From Mariniphaga sp. (GTDB lineage: Bacteria; Bacteroidota; Bacteroidia; Bacteroidales; Prolixibacteraceae), in contig JAHYIT010000013.1 in the NCBI GenBank assembly GCA_019429205.1, forward strand, positions 5,276 to 69,275: a DNA stretch of 64,000 bases, written 5' to 3'. Numbering within the stretch: the stretch's first letter is position 1; the number at the start of each line of letters is the position of its first letter. Below, piece after piece: positions 39,815-48,250 of this stretch. The translations under genes were made by a program, and so were the position numbers. The notes under the pieces are model-generated. The model was given only the letters and a program-made list of their open reading frames with translations. It did not search any database and was not told the origin of the DNA.

Positions 39815-39913
39815 ATGATTAAAATTAATTACTTTCAAAGGTATCATATGGAACTCGCATGTATTTTAATTATGCTCCTGGGCGTAAATATTTTACATGC
39901 TCGTTTCATTTTT
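39815..39913 (-). promoter_or_regulatory. 99-bp conserved promoter/leader cassette, copy 2 (upstream of pepD)
   Basis: Gap-free alignment with 31129-31227. On the coding strand it contains TACCTTTG (a TAnnTTTG-like box) about 23 nt before the ATG. Confidence 0.6.
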
Positions 39914-40096
39914 TTTTGAATTTTATTTTGTTGTTTGTAAATATGGTAAAAACACACGAATTTCAGGCCGTTAAAAAATATTATTTGAACAAAATTTATT
40001 TCCTTTTTTTAATAAGGTAAACTTTATTTTAAAAGTAAAAAATACCGTATATTGCATTAACTATAATATGATTTCAGTTCATCAATATTTTATTTT

Positions 40097-41968
40097 ATGA
40101 ATGAGCCAATTGTGATAAGCCTGATTCAAAATATAGCTGTTCTGCTGGCATTTGCCATGCTGTACGAAAATTTTTGGCTCAGAAATGATAAGCCACGGGG
40201 AACAATCTCGAAAATATTTACAGGAATTATTCTGGGGTTAATAGGTATTGTTTTAATGTACACTCCCTGGAAGATGACGCCCGGCCTGGTGTTCGATACA
40301 CGTTCGGTAATGCTGGCAATTTCCGGGATATTTTTTGGCCCGTTACCAACAATTATTGCTATGGTTTTATCAGGTCTCTTGCGTGTTTATATTGGTGGCG
40401 AAGGTTTGTGGATGGGGTTGGCAGTTATTGTATCCTCAGGTTCTATTGGCATTGTTTGGGCTGAATTGCGAAAAAAATGGATGCGGATTAACAAGCCTAT
40501 CGAGTTTTTTGCACTTGGTTTGGTGGTTCATATGGTTATGCTGGCTGCTACTGTTCTGTTGCCTGAAGATAGGATGGAAGAAACATTACGATTTATCACT
40601 TTGCCCATTTTTCTGATTTATATTCCCGGAACTATGTTGCTCGGTTTGCTGATGGCAGCTCAAAAACGAAACTTTCAAAATAGGATCGAGAAAGAAAAAC
40701 TCTATGAAAAAGAACTTTCCCTTCGGAAAGAGTTATTGGAAAATCAGCAGCAACTAACTGATCAGCTTGAGAAATATACAAAACTTAATACAGAATACAG
40801 GGCACAGAATTTTGAGTTAAAGATGGCCAAAGAGCAGGCAGAGGAAAGTGACCGTTTAAAATCTGCTTTTCTGGCCAATTTGTCGCACGAAATTCGTACC
40901 CCAATGAACGCGATAATCGGTTTTGCCGATTTGCTTAATTTGAACGGATTGGATGACAAGACCCGCGAAAAATACACCCACATAATCCAAAACAGTGGAA
41001 ATTACCTGCTTTCCATCATTAGCGATATTGTTGAAATTTCACAAATTGAAGCCGGCCAGGTTGAACTGAATGAAACAGAAATTGACCTTCATGAATTCCT
41101 GGATGATGTTTACAATGCTTTTAAAGTATCTGTCCCGAAAAATAAAAACCTGGTTATTAATCTTTTAAAAGAAAAATTCCTGGTTTCAAAAAAAATGAAA
41201 ACCGATGATATAAAACTGAGGCAAATTTTAATGAACCTTTTAAATAATGCTTTAAAATTTACAGACCAAGGTGAAATAAATTTCGGATATGAAATTATAG
41301 AAAATGCTAAAATAACCTTTTTTGTAAAAGATACTGGTATTGGAATTGCACCAGAAAACCATCAGGTTATTTTCGAACGTTTCAGACAGATCGATAAAGG
41401 GAAATCAAAAATAAATGCAGGTTCAGGACTTGGACTTTCCATTACCAAAGCTTATGTTGAACTGATGGGAGGAACCATTGAACTGATATCTGATTTGGGA
41501 AAAGGAACCGGGATTAAAATCACCTTTCCCTATTTTCAACAAAATTCACCATCCGAAAAAATTAAAAAAGAGGTAATAAATCAGCCAATCCGTACCAATG
41601 GAAATAGAGTTATTGTTGTGGCTGAAGACGATGATATTAACTGGTTTTATATTGAACAGATATTGTCGAGGTATAATTACAAACTGATTCGGGCTGTAAA
41701 TGGAAAAGAGGCAGTTGATTTATGCAGGGAGAATGAAAATGTTGATGTTGTGTTGTTAGATATAAAAATGCCGGTAATGGATGGCTACGAGGCACTTGAA
41801 AAAATAAGAAATATCAATCCGAAACTGCCGGTAATTGCACAGACAGCTTATGCTTTACCGGGCGATGTGGAAAAGATAAAAACTTTATTCGACGATTATA
41901 TTACAAAACCTATAAACCGGCAACTGTTGATAGAAAAAATTGCCGTGGCCAAAGCAGGCTATTCTTAA
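40097..41968 (+). CDS. Hybrid sensor histidine kinase/response regulator with a 5TM LytS-type (5TMR-LYT) sensor domain
   Basis: Five or six N-terminal TM helices and a coiled coil. H-box SAFLANLSHEIRTPMNAI, HATPase N/G boxes (LNNALKFT, DTGIGI, GSGLGLS) and a C-terminal receiver (VVAEDDD...LLDIKMP...TAY). Confidence 0.85.
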   Translation: MNEPIVISLIQNIAVLLAFAMLYENFWLRNDKPRGTISKIFTGIILGLIGIVLMYTPWKMTPGLVFDTRSVMLAISGIFFGPLPTIIAMVLSGLLRVYIGGEGLWMGLAVIVSSGSIGIVWAELRKKWMRINKPIEFFALGLVVHMVMLAATVLLPEDRMEETLRFITLPIFLIYIPGTMLLGLLMAAQKRNFQNRIEKEKLYEKELSLRKELLENQQQLTDQLEKYTKLNTEYRAQNFELKMAKEQAEESDRLKSAFLANLSHEIRTPMNAIIGFADLLNLNGLDDKTREKYTHIIQNSGNYLLSIISDIVEISQIEAGQVELNETEIDLHEFLDDVYNAFKVSVPKNKNLVINLLKEKFLVSKKMKTDDIKLRQILMNLLNNALKFTDQGEINFGYEIIENAKITFFVKDTGIGIAPENHQVIFERFRQIDKGKSKINAGSGLGLSITKAYVELMGGTIELISDLGKGTGIKITFPYFQQNSPSEKIKKEVINQPIRTNGNRVIVVAEDDDINWFYIEQILSRYNYKLIRAVNGKEAVDLCRENENVDVVLLDIKMPVMDGYEALEKIRNINPKLPVIAQTAYALPGDVEKIKTLFDDYITKPINRQLLIEKIAVAKAGYS

Positions 41969-41982
41969 TGGTGAAACCGGGG

Positions 41983-43194
41983 CTATTTCAGGTATAAATT
42001 ACTGTCGCCGTAGCTCAGAAACCTAAAATTGTTAGATAACGCAAAATCGTAAACCTTTTTCCAGTCGTTGCCCAAAAATGCCCCGATTAAAAGCAACAAG
42101 GTACTTTGTGGTTGATGGAAGTTGGTAATCATCCCGTTTATCAATTTAAACCGGTAACCCGGAACAATTATAATTTGTGTGGAAAACTGCAACGTATTCC
42201 GGTTGGTTTTTTCGAGGTAATCAAGAATATTTTTTAACGATTGCTGTGTATTTATTTGTTCATTATTTTTATAGGGTTCCCACTGTTCAATTTCTAAACG
42301 TTGAGATAAATTTTTCAGCTTTCCCAATTTAAGTCCCAGCCAATATAAACTCTCGAGCGACCGGACCGAAGTAGTTCCAACGGCAATTATTTTTTTGGTG
42401 TTGGCCAGCAGTTCCTCAATAAAACTTTTTGAAATGATAACCTGTTCGTGGTGCATGTTGTGCCCGTTTATGGTTTCCGATTTTACCGGCTGAAAAGTGC
42501 CGGCTCCCACATGCAATGTTAATTCGCGTAAAACAATATTTTTTTTGTTCAGTTGGGCCAGCACATTTTCGGTGAAATGCAGCCCGGCAGTAGGAGCAGC
42601 AACCGATCCGTCGGTTTTGGCATACACCGTTTGGTAGGTCACTTCATCAGCAGGTTCAGTGTCGCGGTCCAAATAAGGGGGAATGGGTAAAACGCCCGAT
42701 TTTTGAATGATTTCGGCAAAAGAAAAACCATTCGTCCAGCTAAATTCAATCAAAGATGAATTGTTTTCCTGAGCTGTTTTTTTTGCCTTCAGTACAACGG
42801 CTTTGCCATTTATTTCAATCTCCCGGATTAAATCCCCGGTTTTCCATTTTTTTGCATGGCCAACCATACATTTCCAAACCACCTTTTCGGTTTGCTGAAA
42901 AGCCAGTTGATGATCGTTTGGCTGAACCGGTTCCAGACAAAATACTTCAATTTTTGCGCCGGTTTCTTTCCAAAAAAACAATCGTGCATGAATAACCCGG
43001 GTGTTGTTGAAAACCAGTATTGAATCTTCCGGCAGATAATCTCCGATATTACGAAATCCATCTTTTTTAATTGTCCCGTTTTTCCAAACCAAAAGGTTCG
43101 AACTGTCACGCTCTGCAAGCGGATATTTGGCAATCCTTTCTTCGGGCAGATTATAAGAGTAATCGCTGATTTTTATGTTTCTGTATTCTGACAA
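41983..43194 (-). CDS. S-adenosylmethionine:tRNA ribosyltransferase-isomerase paralog (QueA-like, with a ~55-aa insertion). The start is uncertain: TTG 43194, TTG 43221 or ATG 43263.
   Basis: QueA motifs are present: [78 protein letters not shown]. The canonical N-terminus would begin at (N)IKISDYSYNLPEERIA. Confidence 0.8.
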   Translation of the reverse strand: MSEYRNIKISDYSYNLPEERIAKYPLAERDSSNLLVWKNGTIKKDGFRNIGDYLPEDSILVFNNTRVIHARLFFWKETGAKIEVFCLEPVQPNDHQLAFQQTEKVVWKCMVGHAKKWKTGDLIREIEINGKAVVLKAKKTAQENNSSLIEFSWTNGFSFAEIIQKSGVLPIPPYLDRDTEPADEVTYQTVYAKTDGSVAAPTAGLHFTENVLAQLNKKNIVLRELTLHVGAGTFQPVKSETINGHNMHHEQVIISKSFIEELLANTKKIIAVGTTSVRSLESLYWLGLKLGKLKNLSQRLEIEQWEPYKNNEQINTQQSLKNILDYLEKTNRNTLQFSTQIIIVPGYRFKLINGMITNFHQPQSTLLLLIGAFLGNDWKKVYDFALSNNFRFLSYGDSNLYLK

Positions 43195-43225
43195 TTTATT
43201 CAGTTTTAAATACGGCTGCAAAAAG

Positions 43226-43454
43226 GGTGTAAGACAAATTCCACGTTTTAAATCACAAAACAAACAATCATTTTTTACACCGGCGCTTTAGCCCGGTGAT
43301 TAACCTTTTCGGAGTCTTTTCCGGCTTTAGCATTTAAATTTCTTAATGGCTAAAGCCCTTTTGTTTTTGATATCTCTGTTCACCGGGCTGAAGCCACGGT
43401 GTAAAAGATCCGTTTTTCCGAAAGCGAATAGAAATATGGAATTTGTCGTACACC
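43226..43454 (-). mobile_element. MITE-like element, copy 3 (229 bp, inverted relative to copy 1)
   Basis: Outer TIRs are GGTGTAAGACAAATTCCACGT (43226-) and the reverse complement of GGTGTACGACAAATTCCATAT (-43454). The core 43277-43402 is the reverse complement of the 3181-3305 core. Confidence 0.75.
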
Positions 43455-43515
43455 CCACTAAACTTCACAAAGATTAATTTATTAAATTTGGTTGCTGAAA
43501 CTTAAAATTTAAATC

Positions 43516-45912
43516 ATGCGCCAATTATTTACCATATCCGTAATAGCTTTATTTCTTTTTTCCTGTTCAAAAAGAAAAACAAATGAATACCTGATTTCTC
43601 CTGTCCCATTTACACAAGTGACGGTTGAGGATGATTTCTGGTCCAACCGCATAAAAACCAATCACGATGTAACCATTCCCATCGCCATTCAAAAAAGCGA
43701 CGAAACCGGGCGCATAGATAATTTTGCCATTGCCGGCGGTTTGCAGGAAGGCGTATTCTGTTCTCCTTATCCGTTTGACGATTCCGATGTGTTTAAAATT
43801 ATTGAAGGGGCCGCTTATTCAATCCAAATGTTTCCCGACGAACAAATGGAAAAAACCATCGACTCGCTGATTTACCTCATTGGCGAAGCGCAGGAAGACG
43901 ATGGCTATCTTTTTACAAACCGCACCATTATGGGTGAAAACGGTCACGACTGGATTGGAACAGAACGGTGGGAAAATGTGGACGATTTGAGTCATGAACT
44001 TTACAACCTGGGCCATTTTTACGAAGCTGCCACCGCGTACTACCAGGCCACCGGAAAACGAAAAATTCTGGACATCGCCATAAAAAGCGCCGATTTGGTG
44101 GACAGCGAATTCGGTTACGGCAAAATCGAAAACTTTCCCGGCCACCAGGAGATTGAAATTGGCCTGGTAAAACTTTTTCGTACAACAGGTGAAAAAAGAT
44201 ACCTCGATTTAGCCAAATTTTTCCTCGACATTCGCGGAAAGGGCATTGGCGAAAAAACAGCTTACAATCAGTCGCATTTGCCGGTGGTAGAGCAAACCGA
44301 AGCAGTTGGTCACTCGGTTCGCGCAGCCTACATGTGGACCGGCATGGCCGATGTGGCAGCGCTTACCGGAGACCAGGCTTATATTGATGCCATCTCGAAA
44401 ATCTGGGAAGATGTGGTTTATAAAAAGTTTTATATAACCGGTGGAATTGGTGCAGAAGGTGGTCATGAAGGATTTGGCGGACCGTATGAATTACCCAACG
44501 AAAAGGCTTATTGCGAAACCTGTGCTGCCATTGCCAACGTGTTCTGGAACCACCGCATGTTTTTAATGACCGGCGATGCCAAATACATCGATGTGCTGGA
44601 AAGATCGCTTTATAACAATGTACTGTCTGGTGTTTCGCTCAGCGGCGATCGTTTTTTTTATCCCAATCCATTGCAATCAAACGGCCAGCACGAACGCAGC
44701 GAATGGTTCGGTTGCGCGTGCTGCCCGTCGAATATTTCACGGTTTATTCCTTCCATGCCCAATTATATTTACGCCCAACACGGAAACGATTTGTATATAA
44801 ACTTGTTTGTTTCGGGTTCAACCACTTTTGAAACGCCGAAAGGAAATATTAAACTGACGCAGGAAAGCAACATGCCCTGGAACGGACATATTTCCATTAT
44901 AGTTGAACCGGAAAAAGAAACCAAAGCTGATTTGTTGGTGCGTATTCCGGGATGGGCATCGGAAAATCCTGTGCCGGGCGATTTGTATGAGTTTATGAAT
45001 AAACCGTCTGCGTTGCCACTTTTTAAAATTAACGGGATTGAAGTTTTCCCCGAAATGAATAACGGATATGCTTTTCTTTCCAAAAGCTGGAAGCCGGGCG
45101 ATAAAATTGAGGTTGATTTTCCATATGGAATACGAAAAATTAAAGCACACCCCAATATTGAGGATAACCGCGGAAAAGTGGCGCTGCAACTGGGGCCATT
45201 GGTGTATTGTGCCGAATGGGCCGATTACGAAGATCCTTATATTTTTGATTTGTTTTTGTATGAAAATCAAAGTCTTTCATTTGGCTTTTCTCCGGGGAAA
45301 CTGGGAGGAATGAATGTGATTTCAGGAGAAGCCTCTGTTCGCAAAATAGGAGAAGGGCCGGACATTGGCGAACTTTATCCGCGAAAATTCACTGCCATTC
45401 CCTATTACGCATGGGCTCATCGTGGAAAAGGTCAGATGATGGTGTGGATACCCGTTTCGGAAGAAGCTACCCGGCCAAAGCCATTGCCAACAATAGCCTC
45501 TGAAAGCCACATTGAAGCCTCGCATGTTACCAGTGCGTTGCAGGGAATTAATGATCAGCTTCTGCCCAAAAACTCGGCGGATAAAAGCCATACATTGTAC
45601 CACTGGTGGCCGGCAACCAACGAGAAACACTGGATTGTTTACAATTTTTCAGCTCCTGCCAAAGTTTCTGAATGTGGCCTTTACTGGCTGAAAGACATCC
45701 CCAATGGCGGTTGCGATTTGCCCGAGTGGTACAAATTGTATTACAAACGCGGGCAGAATTGGGTGGAAGTGGATGCCGAAACACCTTACCCCATGATGGA
45801 GGATGAGTTGAACCGGATTGTATTTTCTCCGGTTACCACTACAGCCATGAAACTTGAGGTACTACTTTCGGAAAAATATTCGGCCGGGTTGCATGAATGG
45901 ACGGTAAAATAG
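43516..45912 (+). CDS. Glycoside hydrolase family 127 (beta-L-arabinofuranosidase-like) lipoprotein
   Basis: Lipobox LFSCS. DUF1680/GH127 pattern is present (VGHSVRAAYMWTGMADV, YCETCAA). The Cys cluster EWFGCACCPSN matches the GH127 Zn/catalytic Cys motif. Confidence 0.85.
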   Translation: MRQLFTISVIALFLFSCSKRKTNEYLISPVPFTQVTVEDDFWSNRIKTNHDVTIPIAIQKSDETGRIDNFAIAGGLQEGVFCSPYPFDDSDVFKIIEGAAYSIQMFPDEQMEKTIDSLIYLIGEAQEDDGYLFTNRTIMGENGHDWIGTERWENVDDLSHELYNLGHFYEAATAYYQATGKRKILDIAIKSADLVDSEFGYGKIENFPGHQEIEIGLVKLFRTTGEKRYLDLAKFFLDIRGKGIGEKTAYNQSHLPVVEQTEAVGHSVRAAYMWTGMADVAALTGDQAYIDAISKIWEDVVYKKFYITGGIGAEGGHEGFGGPYELPNEKAYCETCAAIANVFWNHRMFLMTGDAKYIDVLERSLYNNVLSGVSLSGDRFFYPNPLQSNGQHERSEWFGCACCPSNISRFIPSMPNYIYAQHGNDLYINLFVSGSTTFETPKGNIKLTQESNMPWNGHISIIVEPEKETKADLLVRIPGWASENPVPGDLYEFMNKPSALPLFKINGIEVFPEMNNGYAFLSKSWKPGDKIEVDFPYGIRKIKAHPNIEDNRGKVALQLGPLVYCAEWADYEDPYIFDLFLYENQSLSFGFSPGKLGGMNVISGEASVRKIGEGPDIGELYPRKFTAIPYYAWAHRGKGQMMVWIPVSEEATRPKPLPTIASESHIEASHVTSALQGINDQLLPKNSADKSHTLYHWWPATNEKHWIVYNFSAPAKVSECGLYWLKDIPNGGCDLPEWYKLYYKRGQNWVEVDAETPYPMMEDELNRIVFSPVTTTAMKLEVLLSEKYSAGLHEWTVK

Positions 45913-45941
45913 CAGGTAAAATTCCAATGGATTTTCATTAA

Positions 45942-45998
45942 AAAAGGGTAACCCGGGGGCCACCCTTTTGTTGTTAACCGGCAACAGCCGGTTTTAAA
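45942..45998 (+). terminator. Tandem hairpin terminators after the GH127 gene
   Basis: AAAAGGGT...ACCCTTTT (45942-45969) is followed by GTTGTT. AACCGGC-AACA-GCCGGTT (45976-45993) is followed by TTTAAAG. Confidence 0.55.
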
Positions 45999-46083
45999 GC
46001 GGGGCAACTATTTTGTGCAATTTTACAATTTACGGAAAAATATCTTTAAAATAAATAGGTAATTTTACTTGTTTTTGAACGGT

Positions 46084-46485
46084 TTAATGAATTGTGGTTA
46101 GAACATACCAAATAGAAATATTAATTATTATAGCTATTGCTCCCTGGTTATCCAGTTTTTTCAGCCGTCCATCCCAAAATATTACAAATAACACAGAGGA
46201 AAAAATGGCTGAAGCATTTATAAGATTCAAAGCCCAAAAGGCATTTGCCATGTAGGCGATTCCGGAAGTTACAAATACCGCTGCACCCAGAATACACAGC
46301 AGAGAAGCAATGGTTCTGATGGTATCAGTGCTCAGAAATTTTGACAAAACCCACGAGTAATCCGGCCATTCAAACCCCGGACGAAGCTCGAAAATCTTTT
46401 TACTGTGTGCGAAATAGAACAGGTGAACCAATCCGTGGAGCATGATAAAAATTCCGATAGAAATTTTCATAACCAAATATTTCAA
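46084..46485 (-). CDS. Hypothetical 4-TM membrane protein
   Basis: The ORF has four hydrophobic segments. I recognise no family. The start may instead be the second Met (MKISIG). Confidence 0.5.
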   Translation of the reverse strand: MKYLVMKISIGIFIMLHGLVHLFYFAHSKKIFELRPGFEWPDYSWVLSKFLSTDTIRTIASLLCILGAAVFVTSGIAYMANAFWALNLINASAIFSSVLFVIFWDGRLKKLDNQGAIAIIINISIWYVLTTIH

Positions 46486-46642
46486 ACTTGCAATAAAGTA
46501 CGCAATAATAATTGAAATTCAGATAATTGAATGTGGAAATTCTTATAGTGAAACAGAAAATTTTTTTTATAGGTGTTGTCAGAATTTCACCGAAATAAGT
46601 GAAATTTAAACAACTTCTGAATTAATAGCTGTTGCGAGAATC

Positions 46643-46659
46643 TTTATAAAATCTTTATA
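46643..46659 (+). promoter_or_regulatory. Candidate KdpE/OmpR-type response-regulator box (TTTATA-N5-TTTATA)
   Basis: A perfect direct repeat AATCTTTATA occurs twice with an 11-bp period (46639-46659), about 85-100 nt upstream of the first trkH ATG. Confidence 0.45.
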
Positions 46660-46740
46660 CTACTCATCCAAGTTTTTATGTAGTGTTTATGAAATCCACC
46701 CCAACTTTGCCTGAGAATTTTATTTGACAAAAAATGTGAA

Positions 46741-48192
46741 ATGAGTCAGATTCTTAATTTCAGGCAAGTATTAAAAGTAATAAGCAGAATTTCCTTCATT
46801 TTAACTGTTGCACTATTGTTTTCTGCGGGCATTGCTTTCGTTTTTTCTGAAAATGCCAGACCTTTTTTATATACTTCTTTGATAACGGTTTTAATCGGTA
46901 GTGTTTTGTATTTTTTATTCAAGGAACAAAGTATTGATGATTCGATTCATCGAAAAGATGCTTTTTTTTCGGTTACCCTGGCATGGTTTTACATTAGTCT
47001 TGCGGGCAGTTTGCCCTATATCATTTCAGGAGACATTCCTTTGTTTGTGGATGCCTTTTTCGAATCGGTTTCCGGTTTTACCACAACCGGTTCTTCCATA
47101 CTTATCGATATTGAAAGTTTGCCCAAATCCATTTTGTTTTGGCGTAGTTTAACCCATTGGATTGGTGGTATCGGCATTATTGTTTTGTTTATTGTGGTTA
47201 TGCCTTCTTTGCATGAAGGCGGTTATCAGTTGTTTACGCTTGAGTCTTCGTTTCAGGATAAAATTCAACCCAGAATAAAATCGGTCGGTCAGCGGTTGTT
47301 GTTCATTTATGTTTTCCTAACTGCCACAGAAACAATATTATTGCTGGCAGGTGGTATGAATCTGTTTGAAAGTGTTTGCCATGCTTTTGGAACAATAGCC
47401 ACTGGGGGCTTTTCTCCCAAGAACACAAGCATTGGAGGTTATTCTCCATTTATTCAGTATGTTGTGATGTTTTTTATGCTGTTGTCAGGTATGAATTTTA
47501 TCATTCATTATTATTTATTGAAAAGAGAATTTAAAAAGGCAAAGGAAAACGAGGAATTAAAATTTTATCTTCTGATTACACTGTTTATTGGTGTAGTAAT
47601 AACCGTTGTCTTATACACGAAATCCGGAACCAGTCTTGAAAAATCGTTTAGAGACTCGTTTTTTCAGGTAATTTCCATTGTAACCTGCACCGGGTATGCA
47701 ACTGCTGATTATTTACAATGGCCGGTTTTTGGGTGGTTAATCATTTTCTTTGCCATGTTTCTTGGAGGAAGCACTGGTTCTACGGCCGGAGGGATAAAAA
47801 TGGCGCGGCATCTGTTATTTTTAAAAAACCTGGGCAGGTTTTTTAAAGAATCTTTTCACCAAAGAGCTGTTCTTTCAATTAAACTAAATGGAAATAAATT
47901 AAGTGAAACAACAAACAAAACTATTCTAACTTATTTTTCTACCTACCTGGTTGTTTTTATGGCAGGAACCATTATTTTAGGTTTAACCGGTCTGGATGGA
48001 AAAACAGCGGCTAGCTCTGCTGCTACTGCCATGGCCGGCATTGGTCCGGGAATTGGAACTGTTGGGCCTGCTTCCAATTTTGAACATTTGTCTGACCTGG
48101 CCAAGATTACAATGTCAATGCTTATGATATTGGGAAGGTTGGAAATTTATACTGTGCTGATTTTATTTACAAGAAATTTCTGGAGGGAATAA
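46741..48192 (+). CDS. trkH: TrkH/KtrB-family K+ uptake membrane subunit (copy 1)
   Basis: 483 aa, multi-TM, with selectivity-filter-like segments (SGFTTTGSS, IATGGFS, CTGYAT, GGSTGSTAGGIK). Confidence 0.85.
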   Translation: MSQILNFRQVLKVISRISFILTVALLFSAGIAFVFSENARPFLYTSLITVLIGSVLYFLFKEQSIDDSIHRKDAFFSVTLAWFYISLAGSLPYIISGDIPLFVDAFFESVSGFTTTGSSILIDIESLPKSILFWRSLTHWIGGIGIIVLFIVVMPSLHEGGYQLFTLESSFQDKIQPRIKSVGQRLLFIYVFLTATETILLLAGGMNLFESVCHAFGTIATGGFSPKNTSIGGYSPFIQYVVMFFMLLSGMNFIIHYYLLKREFKKAKENEELKFYLLITLFIGVVITVVLYTKSGTSLEKSFRDSFFQVISIVTCTGYATADYLQWPVFGWLIIFFAMFLGGSTGSTAGGIKMARHLLFLKNLGRFFKESFHQRAVLSIKLNGNKLSETTNKTILTYFSTYLVVFMAGTIILGLTGLDGKTAASSAATAMAGIGPGIGTVGPASNFEHLSDLAKITMSMLMILGRLEIYTVLILFTRNFWRE

Positions 48193-48250
48193 CTAATTTC
48201 AGGTTGCTATAATTACATTTGAAGTATGATTACCCGGTTAAGAGAAAAAA

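Noticed and set aside
46486-46740. Possible c-di-AMP (ydaO-type) or other riboswitch upstream of trkH
   Set aside because: K+ transporters are often riboswitch-controlled. However, I could not recognise the conserved ydaO core or a convincing pseudo-symmetric fold by eye. It needs an Rfam scan, so I make no claim.
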